Of a stretch of DNA of 64,000 bases, positions 31,388 to 42,396 are shown in pieces. Source of the stretch: an uncultured Chloroflexia bacterium (GTDB taxonomy: Bacteria > Chloroflexota > Limnocylindria > Limnocylindrales > CSP1-4). The position numbers were made by a program, and so were the translations under genes. The first letter of the stretch is position 1, and every line of letters starts with the position of its first letter. The DNA lies in NCBI GenBank assembly GCA_963763775.1, contig CAVXPZ010000003.1:96001-160000 (forward strand), read 5' to 3'. The notes under the pieces are model-generated. The model ran no database searches. It worked only from the letters and a program-made list of their open reading frames with translations, and was not told where the DNA came from.

Positions 31388-32567
31388 CGCGAGCTCGCGC
31401 CGCCTGGGTCGTCGCGGTCGTCGCGATGCTCGCGTACGCCGCAGGGGCCATCCTCGACGCCTACACCGACCCCGTCGCGGTGCTGACGTTCGGTGTCGCC
31501 ATGGCGTCGTTCCTCGTGGTCGGCGCGATGATCACCGGACGCGTCCCGGACAACCGGATCGGACCGCTGTTCATGCTGGCCGGGACCATCCTGGCCGTCA
31601 GCGCCGTCACCGCGGCCTACGGTGACATCGGCTTGGCCCAAGATCCGCCGTGGCCGGGGTCGATCCTCGCCCTCGCGATCACGAACATCACCTTCATCTA
31701 CCCGATCATCATCGTGCTGATCTTCGTGCCGTTGGTCTTCCCGGACGGACACCTCCCGTCGCCTCGTTTCCGCTGGGTCGTGTGGCTCGCGATGGCGGCC
31801 CTCGCGGCGACCGCGGTGAACGACCTGTTCCGGACCCCGCTCCTCGGGGCCACCGACATCCCGAACCCGATGCGGGTCGAGTCGCTCCAGCCGCTCCTCG
31901 ACGTCCTGAACACCCTGGTCTCCCTGTCCTCGATCATCGGATTCGGCGGCGCCGCCGCGGCCGTGGTCGTCCGCTACCGTCGTGGCACACCCGTCGTGCG
32001 TCAGCAGACCAAGTGGCTGATGGCGGTGGCGGGCGTCGCCGCGGTCGCGTTCCCGTTGTCGTTCCTCCTCCCGGTCTTCCTCCTCGAGCTCCAACCGCTG
32101 GCCGATGTCTTCTTCCTCATCGGGACCCTGGCGCTGGTCGCGCTGCCGTGGGCCATCACGATCGCCGTCCTGCGCTACCGCCTCTTCGAGATCGACCGCC
32201 TCGTCAGCCGGACCATCTCGTATGCGCTCGTCAGCGCCGTCCTGATCGCGGTCTACGCGTGCGGCGATCCTGCTCGCTCTCGTCGGTCCTCTCGACGTTC
32301 GCCCAGGGCCAGACCGTGGCGGTCGCGGCCTCGACGCTGGTCGTCTTCGCGCTCTTCCAGCCGATCCGGCGACGCGTCCAGCGGGCCGTCGACCGCCGGT
32401 TCGACCGAGCCCGCTACGACGCCGAGCGCGATCGCCGTCGCCTTCTCCGGACGCCTCCGGAACGAGACCGACATGGCGACGGTGACGACCGACCTCGTCC
32501 GGACGGCGAGCGACCGATGGCGCCGGCGACGCTGTCCGGATCTGGCTGCTCGAGGCGGCGGTCGTGA
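31384..32567 (+). CDS. polytopic membrane sensor-like protein, paralog 4 (several frameshifts at 32260-32550)
   Basis: AAGGAGG RBS; PDNRIGPL, FPDGHLPSPRFR, RQQTKW, RYRLFEIDRLVSRT, DRRFDRARYD. Confidence 0.82.
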
Positions 32568-32583
32568 CGATGACCGGTCCGTT

Positions 32584-32626
32584 GCCCATCGCCGTAACGA
32601 TTCCCGGACGCACGCGAACCTAGGGT
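32584..32626 (+). promoter_or_regulatory. internal promoter: CGTAACG-N8-ACG motif plus TAGGGT -10-like box
   Basis: GCCCATCGCCGTAACGATTCCCGGACG, then TAGGGT at 32621-32626, 9 nt before ATG 32636. Confidence 0.55.
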
Positions 32627-32635
32627 GACCGCGAG

Positions 32636-34258
32636 ATGACCGAATTGACCCGTCCCATCCGCCGCCTCCTCGGCCGTCGCGACGCCGTCACGGACGAGAC
32701 GGCGGCCGTGCCCTCGGAGCCGACCGTGGCCGCCGCCCGAACCCCGGACGATCCGGCCATCGCGGTCGACATCCCCGAGTCCGACCCGCTCCTCGCCTAC
32801 CTCCAGACCGCCCCCGGGCCGGTCGAGATCGCCAGGCTCGAGCTCGATTCGCCGGCGGTCCGCGCGATGCGCGAGGCCGGCGTGGCGCTCGTCGTCCCGC
32901 TCGTGTCGCAGGGCGAGCTCATCGGGACGCTCAACCTCGGGCCGCGGCTGTCCGAGCAGGACTATTCCACGGACGACCGACGCCTCCTGACCACGCTCGC
33001 CGCGCAGGCGGCACCGGCGATCCGCGTCGCGCAGCTCGTCCGCGAGCAGGCCGCCGAGGCCGCCGAGCGCGAGCGCCTCGAGCAGGAGATGCGCGTCGCG
33101 ACCCTGATCCAGCAGCAGTTCCTGCCGCGCGAGCTCCCGCACCTCGCCCAATGGCAGATCGCGGCCTACTACGGTCCGGCCCGCGCGGTCGGCGGCGACT
33201 TCTACGACTTCATCGAGATGCCCGGCGGCCGGATCGGGATCGCGGTCGGCGACGTCACCGACAAGGGCGTGCCCGCCGCGCTGGTGATGGCGCGGACCCA
33301 CTCCGTGCTGCGCGCGGAGGCGTCGCGGTCCGACTCGCCTGGCGTGATCCTCGCGCGGGCCAACGACCTGCTCGTCCCGGAGATGCCGGCCCGGATGTTC
33401 GTCACGTGCCTGTTCGCCATCCTGGAACCGGAGACCGGACGGATCGTGCTGGCGAACGCGGGACACAACCTCCCGTACGTCCGGACCGACGCCGGGGTCA
33501 TCGAGCTGCGCGCGACGGGGATGCCCCTCGGATTGATGCCCGGGATCGTCTACGAGGAGACCGAAGGGGTCATCGATCCCGGGAGCAACGTCCTGCTCTA
33601 CTCCGACGGGCTCGTCGAGGCACACGACCCGCAGAGCCAGATGTACGGGTTCCCGCGCCTCCGGGAGGCCATGGCCGTCGACGACGCCGGGAGCGAGCTG
33701 CTCGACCGGCTCCTCGACGACCTGCACCGATTCACCGGCGCAGCGTGGGAGCAGGAAGACGACATCACGCTCGTCACCCTGCGGCGCGCGTCGGGCGTGG
33801 CCCAGCACGACGCGGACCCGTCGGTCCTCAGGACCTCGTTCTCCGTCCCGGGCGAGGAAGGCAACGAGCGACTCGCCATGGACCGCGTCGCGGCCGCCGT
33901 GGCCGATCTGGGCCTGCCTCCCGCGCGACTGGAGCGACTCAAGACCGCCGTGAGCGAGGCCGCGATGAACGCGATCGAGTACGGCAGCCAGGGCCAGCCC
34001 GACGTCCCGGTCGACATCGTCGTCGAGACCACGGCGGACGACGTCATCGTGCGCATCACCGACCGCGCCCTGTCCGGCGTCGTGCCCGCCGATGCCGAAG
34101 CCCCCGATATCGAGCGCAAGCTCGCCGGCGAGCAGAAGCCGCGCGGCTGGGGGCTCTTCCTGATCAAGAACATGGTGGATTCGATGGACGTGACCAGCGA
34201 TGGGTCGTCCCAGACGGTGACGCTCACGATGGCACGCAAGGAGCCCAGCGATGGATGA
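32636..34258 (+). CDS. partial GAF + SpoIIE/PP2C phosphatase + RsbW-like HATPase_c fusion
   Basis: VVPLVSQGELIGTLNLG (GAF), VGGDFYDF, GDVTDKG, NAGH, YSDGLVEA, DDIT; then VSEAAMNAIEYG and RGWGLFLI. Confidence 0.93.
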   Translation: MTELTRPIRRLLGRRDAVTDETAAVPSEPTVAAARTPDDPAIAVDIPESDPLLAYLQTAPGPVEIARLELDSPAVRAMREAGVALVVPLVSQGELIGTLNLGPRLSEQDYSTDDRRLLTTLAAQAAPAIRVAQLVREQAAEAAERERLEQEMRVATLIQQQFLPRELPHLAQWQIAAYYGPARAVGGDFYDFIEMPGGRIGIAVGDVTDKGVPAALVMARTHSVLRAEASRSDSPGVILARANDLLVPEMPARMFVTCLFAILEPETGRIVLANAGHNLPYVRTDAGVIELRATGMPLGLMPGIVYEETEGVIDPGSNVLLYSDGLVEAHDPQSQMYGFPRLREAMAVDDAGSELLDRLLDDLHRFTGAAWEQEDDITLVTLRRASGVAQHDADPSVLRTSFSVPGEEGNERLAMDRVAAAVADLGLPPARLERLKTAVSEAAMNAIEYGSQGQPDVPVDIVVETTADDVIVRITDRALSGVVPADAEAPDIERKLAGEQKPRGWGLFLIKNMVDSMDVTSDGSSQTVTLTMARKEPSDG

Positions 34259-34583
34259 CCGGACGTTCGGAGCGGACGTGACGGAGGTGCCCGACGAGGT
34301 GCGCGTGCGACTGAGCGGCGACCTGAACGGGCGGGCGGACGAGGCCATGGCCGGCGCCTACGCGAAGGTCGTCGACCTCGGCTCGCATCGGGTCAGCCTG
34401 GACTTCCACCAGGTCGGCTACATCAACAGCACCGGGATCGCCCTGGTCGTGCGGTTGCTCGCCGACGCCCGCCGAGACGGACGGACCGTCCGGGCGGTCG
34501 GCCTGAGCGACCACTACCGGGAGATCTTCCGGATCACCCGCCTGTCGGACTACATGGACATCGTGGAGGGAGACGCAGCATGA
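34251..34583 (+). CDS. STAS anti-anti-sigma factor
   Basis: LSGDL...LDF-x-x-VGYINSTGIA. Confidence 0.9.
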   Translation: MDDRTFGADVTEVPDEVRVRLSGDLNGRADEAMAGAYAKVVDLGSHRVSLDFHQVGYINSTGIALVVRLLADARRDGRTVRAVGLSDHYREIFRITRLSDYMDIVEGDAA

Positions 34584-34927
34584 GCGCGACCGTCATCGCG
34601 ACCGATCTGTCGGGGTCCACGGCGATCCTGCGGATCTCGGGCGACATCACCTCCGCGAGCGAGGGCGACCTGACGGCGGCCTACACCCGCGCGCTCGAGG
34701 CGGGTGCCACGACGGTCATCCTCGATTTCGCGGGCCTCGAGTACATGAACAGCGGTGGCATCGGCCTCCTCGTGACGCTCCTGGTCCGCGCCCAGCGCGG
34801 CGGCGTCAGCCTGATGGCGACCGGGCTCTCCGACCACTACCGGCAGATCTTCGAGCTCACTCGGCTCGACGAGGCGATCACGATCCACGACGACACCGCC
34901 GCGGCCGTGGCCGCCGCCGGTGCCTGA
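34580..34927 (+). CDS. STAS anti-anti-sigma factor
   Basis: ISGDI...LDFAGLEYMNSGGIG...IFELTRLD. Confidence 0.9.
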   Translation: MSATVIATDLSGSTAILRISGDITSASEGDLTAAYTRALEAGATTVILDFAGLEYMNSGGIGLLVTLLVRAQRGGVSLMATGLSDHYRQIFELTRLDEAITIHDDTAAAVAAAGA

Positions 34928-34938
34928 TCCCGAAGGAG

Positions 34939-35698
34939 ATGGAGATGACCGAACCGCAGCCCGCTGATCAAGGGGGTCGCGATGCCGCCAACTGGGCGCG
35001 CCCGGTGGACCGGTTGTCCGCCGCCGGTGTCGCCGGCGCCAAGGTCGACTCGGTCAGCGGCAAGCGCGTCTCCGGGCCGCTCCAGGGCTTCGGTCAGCTC
35101 TGGCAGAAGACGTTCAAGGTGCGTCTGGAGGGCAGCGAGCTCGTCCCCCACCGACGCTGATCGCGACATGGAAGGAGCAGCTTTCCCGACGTTCTGGCCG
35201 GGCGGGTACCGGTTCTACTGCGCCGCTCGCCGGGATCGCGCCCGGCGAGGTCGCCCTCCTGGACATCCCACCGGTGCCCGGGTCGCCGGTCAAGCTGTCG
35301 ACGGGCGTCATGGTCATCTACGCGGACGACGAGTCGTTCACGTTCATGACCCCCGAAGGCCATACCCTGTCGGCATGGATCACGTTCTCGGCCTTCCGCG
35401 ACGGCGACGTCACGGTCGCCCAGGCGCAGGCACTGGAGCGCACGTCCGATCCGTTCGACGAACTCGGCTACATGTTCGGTGCGCAACCGGATGAACAACC
35501 GGTTCTGGCGCATGACACTCGAGAACCTCGCGACGCTACGTCGGCGTCGGCCCGAGCCGAGCGTCGAGACGACAGGTCGTCTGCATCGACAAGCACCGGC
35601 AGTGGCGCCACGCGCGCAACGTCCGCAACAGCGCGACGCTCCGGACCGCACGGCACACCATCACCGCGCCGATCCGCTGGGTCACGCGGCGGGGGTGA
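34939..35698 (+). CDS. hypothetical protein, frameshifted
   Basis: AAGGAG RBS; coding-like pieces GPLQGFGQLWQKT / FTFMTPEGH-x-x-x-AWITFSA / CIDKHRQWRHARNV in successive frames. Confidence 0.7.
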
Positions 35699-35711
35699 GG
35701 CGGCAAGACCC

Positions 35712-37146
35712 TTGAGCGGGCCGACGCTCGACGCGATCGTCGTCGGGGCCGGCCCGAACGGCCTGGCCGCCGCCATCACCCTGGCCCGGGCCGGCCGCTC
35801 GGTGCGGGTCTACGAGGCCGCCGACCGCGTCGGTGGCGGGACCCGGACCCAGGAGCTCACCCTCCCTGGTTTCCGCCATGACGTCTGCTCGACGATCCTG
35901 CCGCTGGCCCTCGCATCACCCTTCTTCCGGACGATGGACCTCGCCGCCCACGGCGTCGAGTTCGTCTACCCGGACGCGCCGTTCGCGCAGCCGCTGGACG
36001 GCGGCCGGGCGGTCGTGCTGGAGCGGTCGGTGGCCGCGACGGCGGTCGGCCTCGGTCCGCACGACGGCCGGGCATGGCGACGCCTGTTCGGTCCTCTGGT
36101 TCGCGCCGCGGAGGACCTCGGGGACGAACTGCTCCGGCCCGTCGTGCACGTGCCGCGACATCCGCTGCTGATGGCCCGGTTCGGGCTGCCAGCCCTTCGC
36201 TCGGTCGAGGGGCTGGCCCGCTCGGCGTTCCGGGACGAGCCCGCCCGCGCGCTGTTCGCGGGGGTCGCCGCCCACTCGATGCTCCGCCTCGATCGCCCGT
36301 TGAGTGCCTCGTTCGGCCTCGTCCTCGCGACGTATGCGCACGCGGTCGGCTGGCCGATGGTGCGCGGCGGGGCCGCGGCCGTCGGCGACGCGATGGCCGC
36401 CGAGCTCACGGCGCTCGGCGGCGAGATCGTGACGGACCAGCGCGTGACGTCCCTCGACGAGCTCCCCTCGACCCGCGCCACCCTCCTCGATCTCACGCCC
36501 CGGCAGGCGGCGGCCATCGCCGGACCACGGCTCACCGGTCGCGCCCGTCGGCGCGCCGAGCGGTTCCGCTACGGACCGGGGGTCTTCAAGGTCGACTGGG
36601 CCCTCGACGGGCCGGTGCCGTGGGCCGCCGAGGGGAGTCGCCGCGCCGCGACCGTCCACCTCGGCGGGACCCTCGACGAGATGGCCGCGTCCGAGGCGGA
36701 CGTCGCCGGCGGCCGGCACCCGGACCGCCCGTACGTCCTCTTCGTCCAGTACGCGCCGTGGGACCCGAGCCGCGCGCCCGGCGGGCACACGACCGCGTGG
36801 GCCTACTGCCACGTGCCGGCGGGATCCACGGTGGATATGACGGCCCGCATCGAGGCCCAGGTCGAGCGCTTCGCCCCCGGGTTCCGGGACCGCATCCTGG
36901 CCCGGTCCACCCACTCGCCCGTCGAGATGGAGGCGCACGACGCCAACTACATCGGCGGCGACATCAACGGCGGGATCCAGGACATCCGCCAGCTCGTGTT
37001 CCGGCCGTGGCCGGCCCTCGACCCGTATCGACTCGGTCCGGGCGGGCTGTTCCTGTGCTCGTCATCGACGCCGCCGGGCGGCGGCGTCCACGGGATGAGC
37101 GGGATGCTCGCCGCGCGTTCGGCCCTGCGCCACGAGCTAGCGCTGA
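35712..37146 (+). CDS. NAD(P)/FAD-dependent oxidoreductase, phytoene-desaturase-like family
   Basis: DAIVVGAGPNGLAAA, FRHDVCS, FLCSSSTPPGGGVHGM; true stop inferred at 37146 after removing a 1-nt insertion. Confidence 0.9.
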
Positions 37147-37842
37147 GCGCTCCTCGTCACCTCGGCCGACCTCACGGCGCAGCCAGACCCCGAGCAGCAG
37201 GGCCCCGATGGCGGGCACGACGGCCCACATGACGAAGACGAGGATGAGGATCGTCACCACCGCCTGGAGATCGGACAGGCTCTCCTGGAGGACGCCGCTC
37301 TTCAGGCGGTCCGCGAGCGAGCGCATCTGCGCCCCGAGGGCGGCCAGCGAGTCGTGGTTGGCCGTGAGCGCGTCGCGGTTGGCACTGAGCGATGTCGAGA
37401 CGCCGGAGAGCCGTTGGTCGAGGCCGTTGATGCTGGTCGCGATCGACCCCATCAGGTCGGCGGCCCGCGACAGCGGCTGCGCGCCGAGGATGTTGATGGA
37501 CCGGAACTGGTCCTGCAGCCCGGCGAGCTGCGGCTCGACCGTGGCGATCGTGGTCGCCGCCTGGTCGAGGGTCGTCGAGGCTCCCTCGATCGTCGTGGCG
37601 AACGACCCGGCCGTGTCGCTGGCGTCCTCGAGCGCGGTGGCGGTCTTGTCCAGGGTGGCCGTCAACTCGGCGATCGTGACCGTCGCGCGATCCGCGGCCG
37701 CGTTCATCCGCCCGTTGATCCAGAGCAGGCCGCCCAGCCCGATCACGGCGACCACGAGGCCGACGAGGCCGTAGACGACGAGCCACGAGCCGAGGCGTCC
37801 GAGTCCGCGGCGGAGTCCGAGCGGTCGTTTGTCGGTGGTCAC
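37137..37842 (-). CDS. hypothetical membrane protein (TM - coiled coil - TM)
   Basis: Two hydrophobic segments flank a heptad-rich region; TAGCAT box upstream; stop inferred at 37137. Confidence 0.75.
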
Positions 37843-38603
37843 CCGTCGAATGCTACGCCGTCGCCGACCGCCGTCGGCAGCATCCGCACATCGGGCGCGA
37901 GTTCCGAGGCGTATTCGACGAACGCCGCCGGGGGCTCGACCAGTCGCTCCGGGTAGATCCGCCCCATCGCGTGCGGCCAGTACGTGCCCCAGTGGATGGG
38001 CACGGCGGCGCGCGGCCGGATGAGGCGCAGCGCCTCGGCGGCGCGCAGCGGATCGAGATGCAGCCCGCGGCCGAGCGTCGGGCCCCAGCCCCAGACGGGG
38101 ATGAGGGCGAGGTCGATCGGCCCGGGCAGGCTGGCCATGCCCGGGTGGAGGTCGGTGTCACCGGCGAAGTAGACCGTCCTCGTTCCCGAGATGACGTAGC
38201 CGATGGCCGCGGCGGTGGGGCCGAGCGGCGGTCGGAACCCCGAATGGAGCGCCTCCACCGCGGTCACGCGGACGCCGCCGATCTCGATGACGTCGCCCGC
38301 CGCCTGCTCGCGGACATCGCTGAACCCGGCGTCGCGGAGCCAGGCGCCGGCGCCCTTCGGGACGTGGATCCGGGCGTCGCGGCCGAGGTCACGCAGGGAT
38401 GGGATATCGAGGTGGTCCCAATGCAGGTGCGAGATGAGCACGAGGTCGACGCCACGCAGCCGCTCGCGCGCGGGCACCGGCTCGACGCGCCGCAACGGCC
38501 CGACTCGCGCGCGGGTCACCGGGTCGGTGGCGATGCGGACGCCATCGAGGTCGATGACGAGCGCCGAGTGCCCGAGGAAGTCCAGCGCCAGGGACGCGGT
38601 CAC
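37839..38603 (-). CDS. MBL-fold metallo-hydrolase
   Basis: [21 protein letters not shown]. Confidence 0.92.
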   Translation of the reverse strand: MTASLALDFLGHSALVIDLDGVRIATDPVTRARVGPLRRVEPVPARERLRGVDLVLISHLHWDHLDIPSLRDLGRDARIHVPKGAGAWLRDAGFSDVREQAAGDVIEIGGVRVTAVEALHSGFRPPLGPTAAAIGYVISGTRTVYFAGDTDLHPGMASLPGPIDLALIPVWGWGPTLGRGLHLDPLRAAEALRLIRPRAAVPIHWGTYWPHAMGRIYPERLVEPPAAFVEYASELAPDVRMLPTAVGDGVAFDG

Positions 38604-40654
38604 CGCCAGCCGCTGCGGGCGGCGTCGGGGTACAGCCGCACCCGACGGTACGGCTCGCGGCCACGCGACCGCGACACGAGGTTGGCGCGCTCGGCCATCT
38701 GGTGCTGGAGCCGCCGGATGTACGCGTTCTGCGGCGCGAGCTCCACGGGCTCGGACGACGCCAGCACGACGCCGATCGCGTCCTCCGTCTCGCGCAGCGC
38801 GGCCTCGCGCGGGTCGATCTCGAGCGAGAAGATCGACGTGAGACTCGCCTGCATCTGTCCGATGGTGTTGCTCTTGAGGACGTAGATCGGCATCGACCGG
38901 TCCTCCGCGTCGCGGAGCATCGGGGTCTTCTGCTTGTACTCGTTCTTGAGGGTCATGACGACATCCGCCTCGTCGACGTCGCGGGCGATCACCACGGGGA
39001 GCTGCAACTCGCGGATGGCCTGTTCGAGGCGCTTGCGGCTGATGCCCTGGGGGAGGATGCGCAGCGTCGGGAGCGGCGAGCCGCCCGGCACGAGCACCGT
39101 CTCGCCACGCGGCCCCTCCTCGGCCCCGAGCGGCAGGTCATCGAGGTCGTCGATCTCGAGATCGTCGGCGTTGACCGGGCCGATCCCCTCCTCCGCCTTG
39201 TGCGCGTTGAGCGCCCGTGCCGCCTGGTCTCGCCACGCCTTCTGCCGCTCGAGCTCGCGGGCCTCGCGGGCACGGGTCTCGGCACTGGACATCGACCCGG
39301 CACGCTCCAGCGGACCACGGTCCGCGATGTCACCGGCGACGAACGGCGCGTCCGCCGACCCGAGGGCCGGACCCGATGCGGGGCCCTCCGATGGCGTGCC
39401 ACGCGGCGCCAATTCGCGGCCGGACCCGCCGCGCGTCTGGCGCCAGCCGCCCGAGGCGCCCGGTCGGTAGCCGGGTCGGAAGCCGGCGCCGCGGTCGGCC
39501 TCGCGGTACCCGCCGCTGCGGTACGACCCCTCGCCCCGCCAGCCGGGCTCCATCCGCCACGGCGACCCCGTCCCGACGAGCCCGGCGAACCGGTCCGGCC
39601 CCAACTGCTCCCGCGGCGATGGCCGTGGCCGGCCTTGCGTCCGGTGCACGCCTTCCTCGTCGCGCCAGCGCAGCTCCGGGGCGACCGGGTCGCCGCGCAG
39701 CATCGCGTCGACGGTGTCGGCGACGTCGCTGTGGACGACGACGCGCTCGCGGTCCTGGATCTCGACGATCACGTCGAAGGTCGGCGGCGCCTTGCGCTCG
39801 AGGACGCTCTTCTGGGTCCGGCGGCGACGCGCCTCCTCGTCGCCGAGGGTGACGCTCTGGATGCCGCCGATGAGGTCCGACAGGGTCGGGTTGAGCATCA
39901 GGTTGTCGAGGTTGTTGCCGTGCGCCGTGCCGATCAGCTGGACGCCGCGCTCGGCGATGGTCCGGGCGGCCTGGGCCTCGAGCTCCGTGCCGATCTCGTC
40001 GATGACGATGACCTGCGGCATGTGGTTCTCGACGGCCTCGATCATGACCTCGTGCTGCAGCGACGGCGTGCGGACCTGCATCCGGCGCGCCTTGCCGATC
40101 GCCGGGTGCGGGATGTCGCCGTCGCCGGCGATCTCGTTGGAGGTGTCCACGACGACGACGCGCTTGCCCATGTCATCGGCGAGCACCCGGGCGGCCTCGC
40201 GGAGCATCGTGGTCTTGCCGATGCCGGGCCGACCCATGATGAGGATCGACTTCCCGGTCTCCACGAAGTCGTTGATGATCTCGATCGTGCCGTACACGGC
40301 CCGCCCGATGCGGCACGTCAGCCCGACGATCTTGCCGCTGCGGTTGCGGATGGCGCTGATCCGATGGAGCGTCCGCTCGATGCCCGCGCGGTTGTCGTCG
40401 CCGAACGTCCCGATGTGCTCGACCACGAACGCGATGTCCGCCTCGCTGACCTCGCGGTCCAGGAGTCCCACCTCGGAATCGGGGAAGCGGGCCTCCGGGC
40501 GTCGGCCGAGGTCCAGCACGACCTCGATGAGGGAGGTCCGGTCCGGCAGCGCGTGCACCGCTTGGACGATCTCCGGCGGCAGCGCAGCCAACAGGACATC
40601 GAGATCGTCCATCGTTTCGAACTGGCGGTCGTCGGATGGCACGGACGCCTCCAC
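38600..40654 (-). CDS. Ycf45/SpoIIIAA-like AAA ATPase with C-terminal R3H domain
   Basis: [33 protein letters not shown]. Confidence 0.92.
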   Translation of the reverse strand: MEASVPSDDRQFETMDDLDVLLAALPPEIVQAVHALPDRTSLIEVVLDLGRRPEARFPDSEVGLLDREVSEADIAFVVEHIGTFGDDNRAGIERTLHRISAIRNRSGKIVGLTCRIGRAVYGTIEIINDFVETGKSILIMGRPGIGKTTMLREAARVLADDMGKRVVVVDTSNEIAGDGDIPHPAIGKARRMQVRTPSLQHEVMIEAVENHMPQVIVIDEIGTELEAQAARTIAERGVQLIGTAHGNNLDNLMLNPTLSDLIGGIQSVTLGDEEARRRRTQKSVLERKAPPTFDVIVEIQDRERVVVHSDVADTVDAMLRGDPVAPELRWRDEEGVHRTQGRPRPSPREQLGPDRFAGLVGTGSPWRMEPGWRGEGSYRSGGYREADRGAGFRPGYRPGASGGWRQTRGGSGRELAPRGTPSEGPASGPALGSADAPFVAGDIADRGPLERAGSMSSAETRAREARELERQKAWRDQAARALNAHKAEEGIGPVNADDLEIDDLDDLPLGAEEGPRGETVLVPGGSPLPTLRILPQGISRKRLEQAIRELQLPVVIARDVDEADVVMTLKNEYKQKTPMLRDAEDRSMPIYVLKSNTIGQMQASLTSIFSLEIDPREAALRETEDAIGVVLASSEPVELAPQNAYIRRLQHQMAERANLVSRSRGREPYRRVRLYPDAARSGWR

Positions 40655-40662
40655 TACGCGGG

Positions 40663-41727
40663 CTATCGGACGCCGGCCGGCACGAGAGCCGGTTCGGCGA
40701 CCCGGACGAGGGTTTCCTTCATGAGCAGCGTGACGCTCGCGATCGAGTCGAACCCGGCCTCCTCCAGTCGACGGTCGATCGGCGATTCATAGGTTCGCAC
40801 GGGGGCGATCACGCCGTGCTCGGAGTGTCGCCCATCCTTCGCGGTCGCGCCCGCGATGACCCCGAGCCCGAAGCCGACGAGCGCGGCCGCGTCGGCGTCC
40901 GGCCGGGCGATGACCTTGAGGTAGTGCGGCTGGTCCTCCTTGGCGACGCCGACCTGCACGAAACCCGCGAGTTCGGTGCCGTCGCGCCCGCCGCCGGGCA
41001 GCTCCTGGACGAAGCCCTCGACGTCGGCGAAGCGCAGGATCGGCGCCAGGCTCGAGCGGGGCACGCGCCAGTGGTTGCCCTGCCGCTCCCAGTCCGCGAG
41101 GCGGATGGCCTCGAGGCGCGCGACCGGGTTGGGGGTGGCCACCGCGTACAGGCGCGAGAGCGCGAGGGCGTCCAGCTGCCCCGCCGGCCGGATCCCGGCC
41201 GCGGCCGCACGCTTGTCGGTCCACGGCGCTGGCAAGGGCTTCTCCGGCGGTCGCGCGAGGATCTGCTCCTCGCCGTAGCGCATGAACCCGGCCTGCATCA
41301 GGAGCTCGACGTTGCCATCGCGGTCGGCGCAGGCGACGTGGAACCGCGCGGCGGCGCGTTTCGCGCCCTCGCGCAGGAGCTGCTGCACGAGGCGGTAGCG
41401 GATGTCGCCGGCGTCCGCCATCCCGACCGCATCGAGCTCCACGATCGTCCATTCGTCGCGGACGCTCTCGCGCTCGACGCGGACCAGGCCCGCGATCCGG
41501 CCGTCCTGCTCGTAGACGTACATCAGGTCGTTCGGCCGGAAGGCACCGAGCGGGAGCCGGAACAGGCTGAAGACGCCGATCGGCGGGCCGGAAAGCGGCA
41601 GACCGAGCGAGCGTGTCTCCGCCCCGTCGGACTGGCACAGGCGCGACAGTTCCCCGAGCGCGGCGAGGTCGGTGAGACGCGCGGCGCGGACCTTGCCGGG
41701 GCGGCGCGCGATCGGCGGTCCGCTCAT
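40663..41727 (-). CDS. hypothetical protein, probable tandem GNAT fold
   Basis: VRAARLTDL...LLMQAGF; IRPAGQLD...LEEAGF, two GNAT-like halves. Confidence 0.65.
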   Translation of the reverse strand: MSGPPIARRPGKVRAARLTDLAALGELSRLCQSDGAETRSLGLPLSGPPIGVFSLFRLPLGAFRPNDLMYVYEQDGRIAGLVRVERESVRDEWTIVELDAVGMADAGDIRYRLVQQLLREGAKRAAARFHVACADRDGNVELLMQAGFMRYGEEQILARPPEKPLPAPWTDKRAAAAGIRPAGQLDALALSRLYAVATPNPVARLEAIRLADWERQGNHWRVPRSSLAPILRFADVEGFVQELPGGGRDGTELAGFVQVGVAKEDQPHYLKVIARPDADAAALVGFGLGVIAGATAKDGRHSEHGVIAPVRTYESPIDRRLEEAGFDSIASVTLLMKETLVRVAEPALVPAGVR

Positions 41728-42362
41728 CGAGGCTGCCTGGTCCGACGGGTCGGATGCGGGCGGCGGCCGGACCCTTCGCCCGGGTCCTCGTGCTCGCTGG
41801 CCATGGCGGCGACCAGCCGATGGAAGCGCGTCTCGCCGGCGAGTTCCGGGTGGAACGCCGTGGCGACGATGTTGCGCTCGCGGACGGCGACGATCCGGCC
41901 GTCATCGAGGCGCGCGAGGACGTCGACGCCCGGGCCGGTCCGCTCGATGATCGGGGCGCGGATGAACACGGCGTGGACGGGGGTGTCGCCGAGCACGGGG
42001 ACGGTCAACTCGGCCTCGAACGAGTCGAGCTGCCGGCCGAAGGCGTTGCGCTCGACGGTCACGTCGAGGAGCGGGAGGATCGGCGGCTCGCCACCGGCGA
42101 TCTCGTCGGCCAGGACGATCATCCCGGCGCAGGTGCCGAAGATCGGCGCGCCGCGCTCGGCGAGGTCGAGGATCGGCTCGCGCAGGCCCCAGCGCTCGAT
42201 CAGCTGGCGCATGGTGGTGCTCTCGCCACCGGGCAGGATCAGGCCGCTGACCCCGTCGAGATCGGCCGGCTCGCGCACGCGCACGCCGTCCACGCCGATG
42301 GCGTGGAGCGTATCGAGGTGCTCGCGGAACGCCCCTTGCAGGGCGAGGACCCCGATCCTCAT
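41724..42362 (-). CDS. pdxT: PLP synthase glutaminase subunit
   Basis: IGVLALQGAF, PGGEST, GTCAG, FHPEL. Confidence 0.96.
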   Translation of the reverse strand: MRIGVLALQGAFREHLDTLHAIGVDGVRVREPADLDGVSGLILPGGESTTMRQLIERWGLREPILDLAERGAPIFGTCAGMIVLADEIAGGEPPILPLLDVTVERNAFGRQLDSFEAELTVPVLGDTPVHAVFIRAPIIERTGPGVDVLARLDDGRIVAVRERNIVATAFHPELAGETRFHRLVAAMASEHEDPGEGSGRRPHPTRRTRQPR

Positions 42363-42396
42363 CGGGTGACCGTCGTGGTCGCCGTGGCCGTCGTGC

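Noticed and set aside
27761-32567. Invertible or shufflon-type cassette switching of the sensor array
   Set aside because: All copies are co-oriented, and no recombinase or recurring recombination site was seen at the junctions.
30676-32628. 650-aa ORF fusing sensor paralogs 3 and 4
   Set aside because: One extra base near 31354 explains it. The corrected frame gives the family tail (IWIR), an ATGA overlap and an AAGGAGG RBS for paralog 4.
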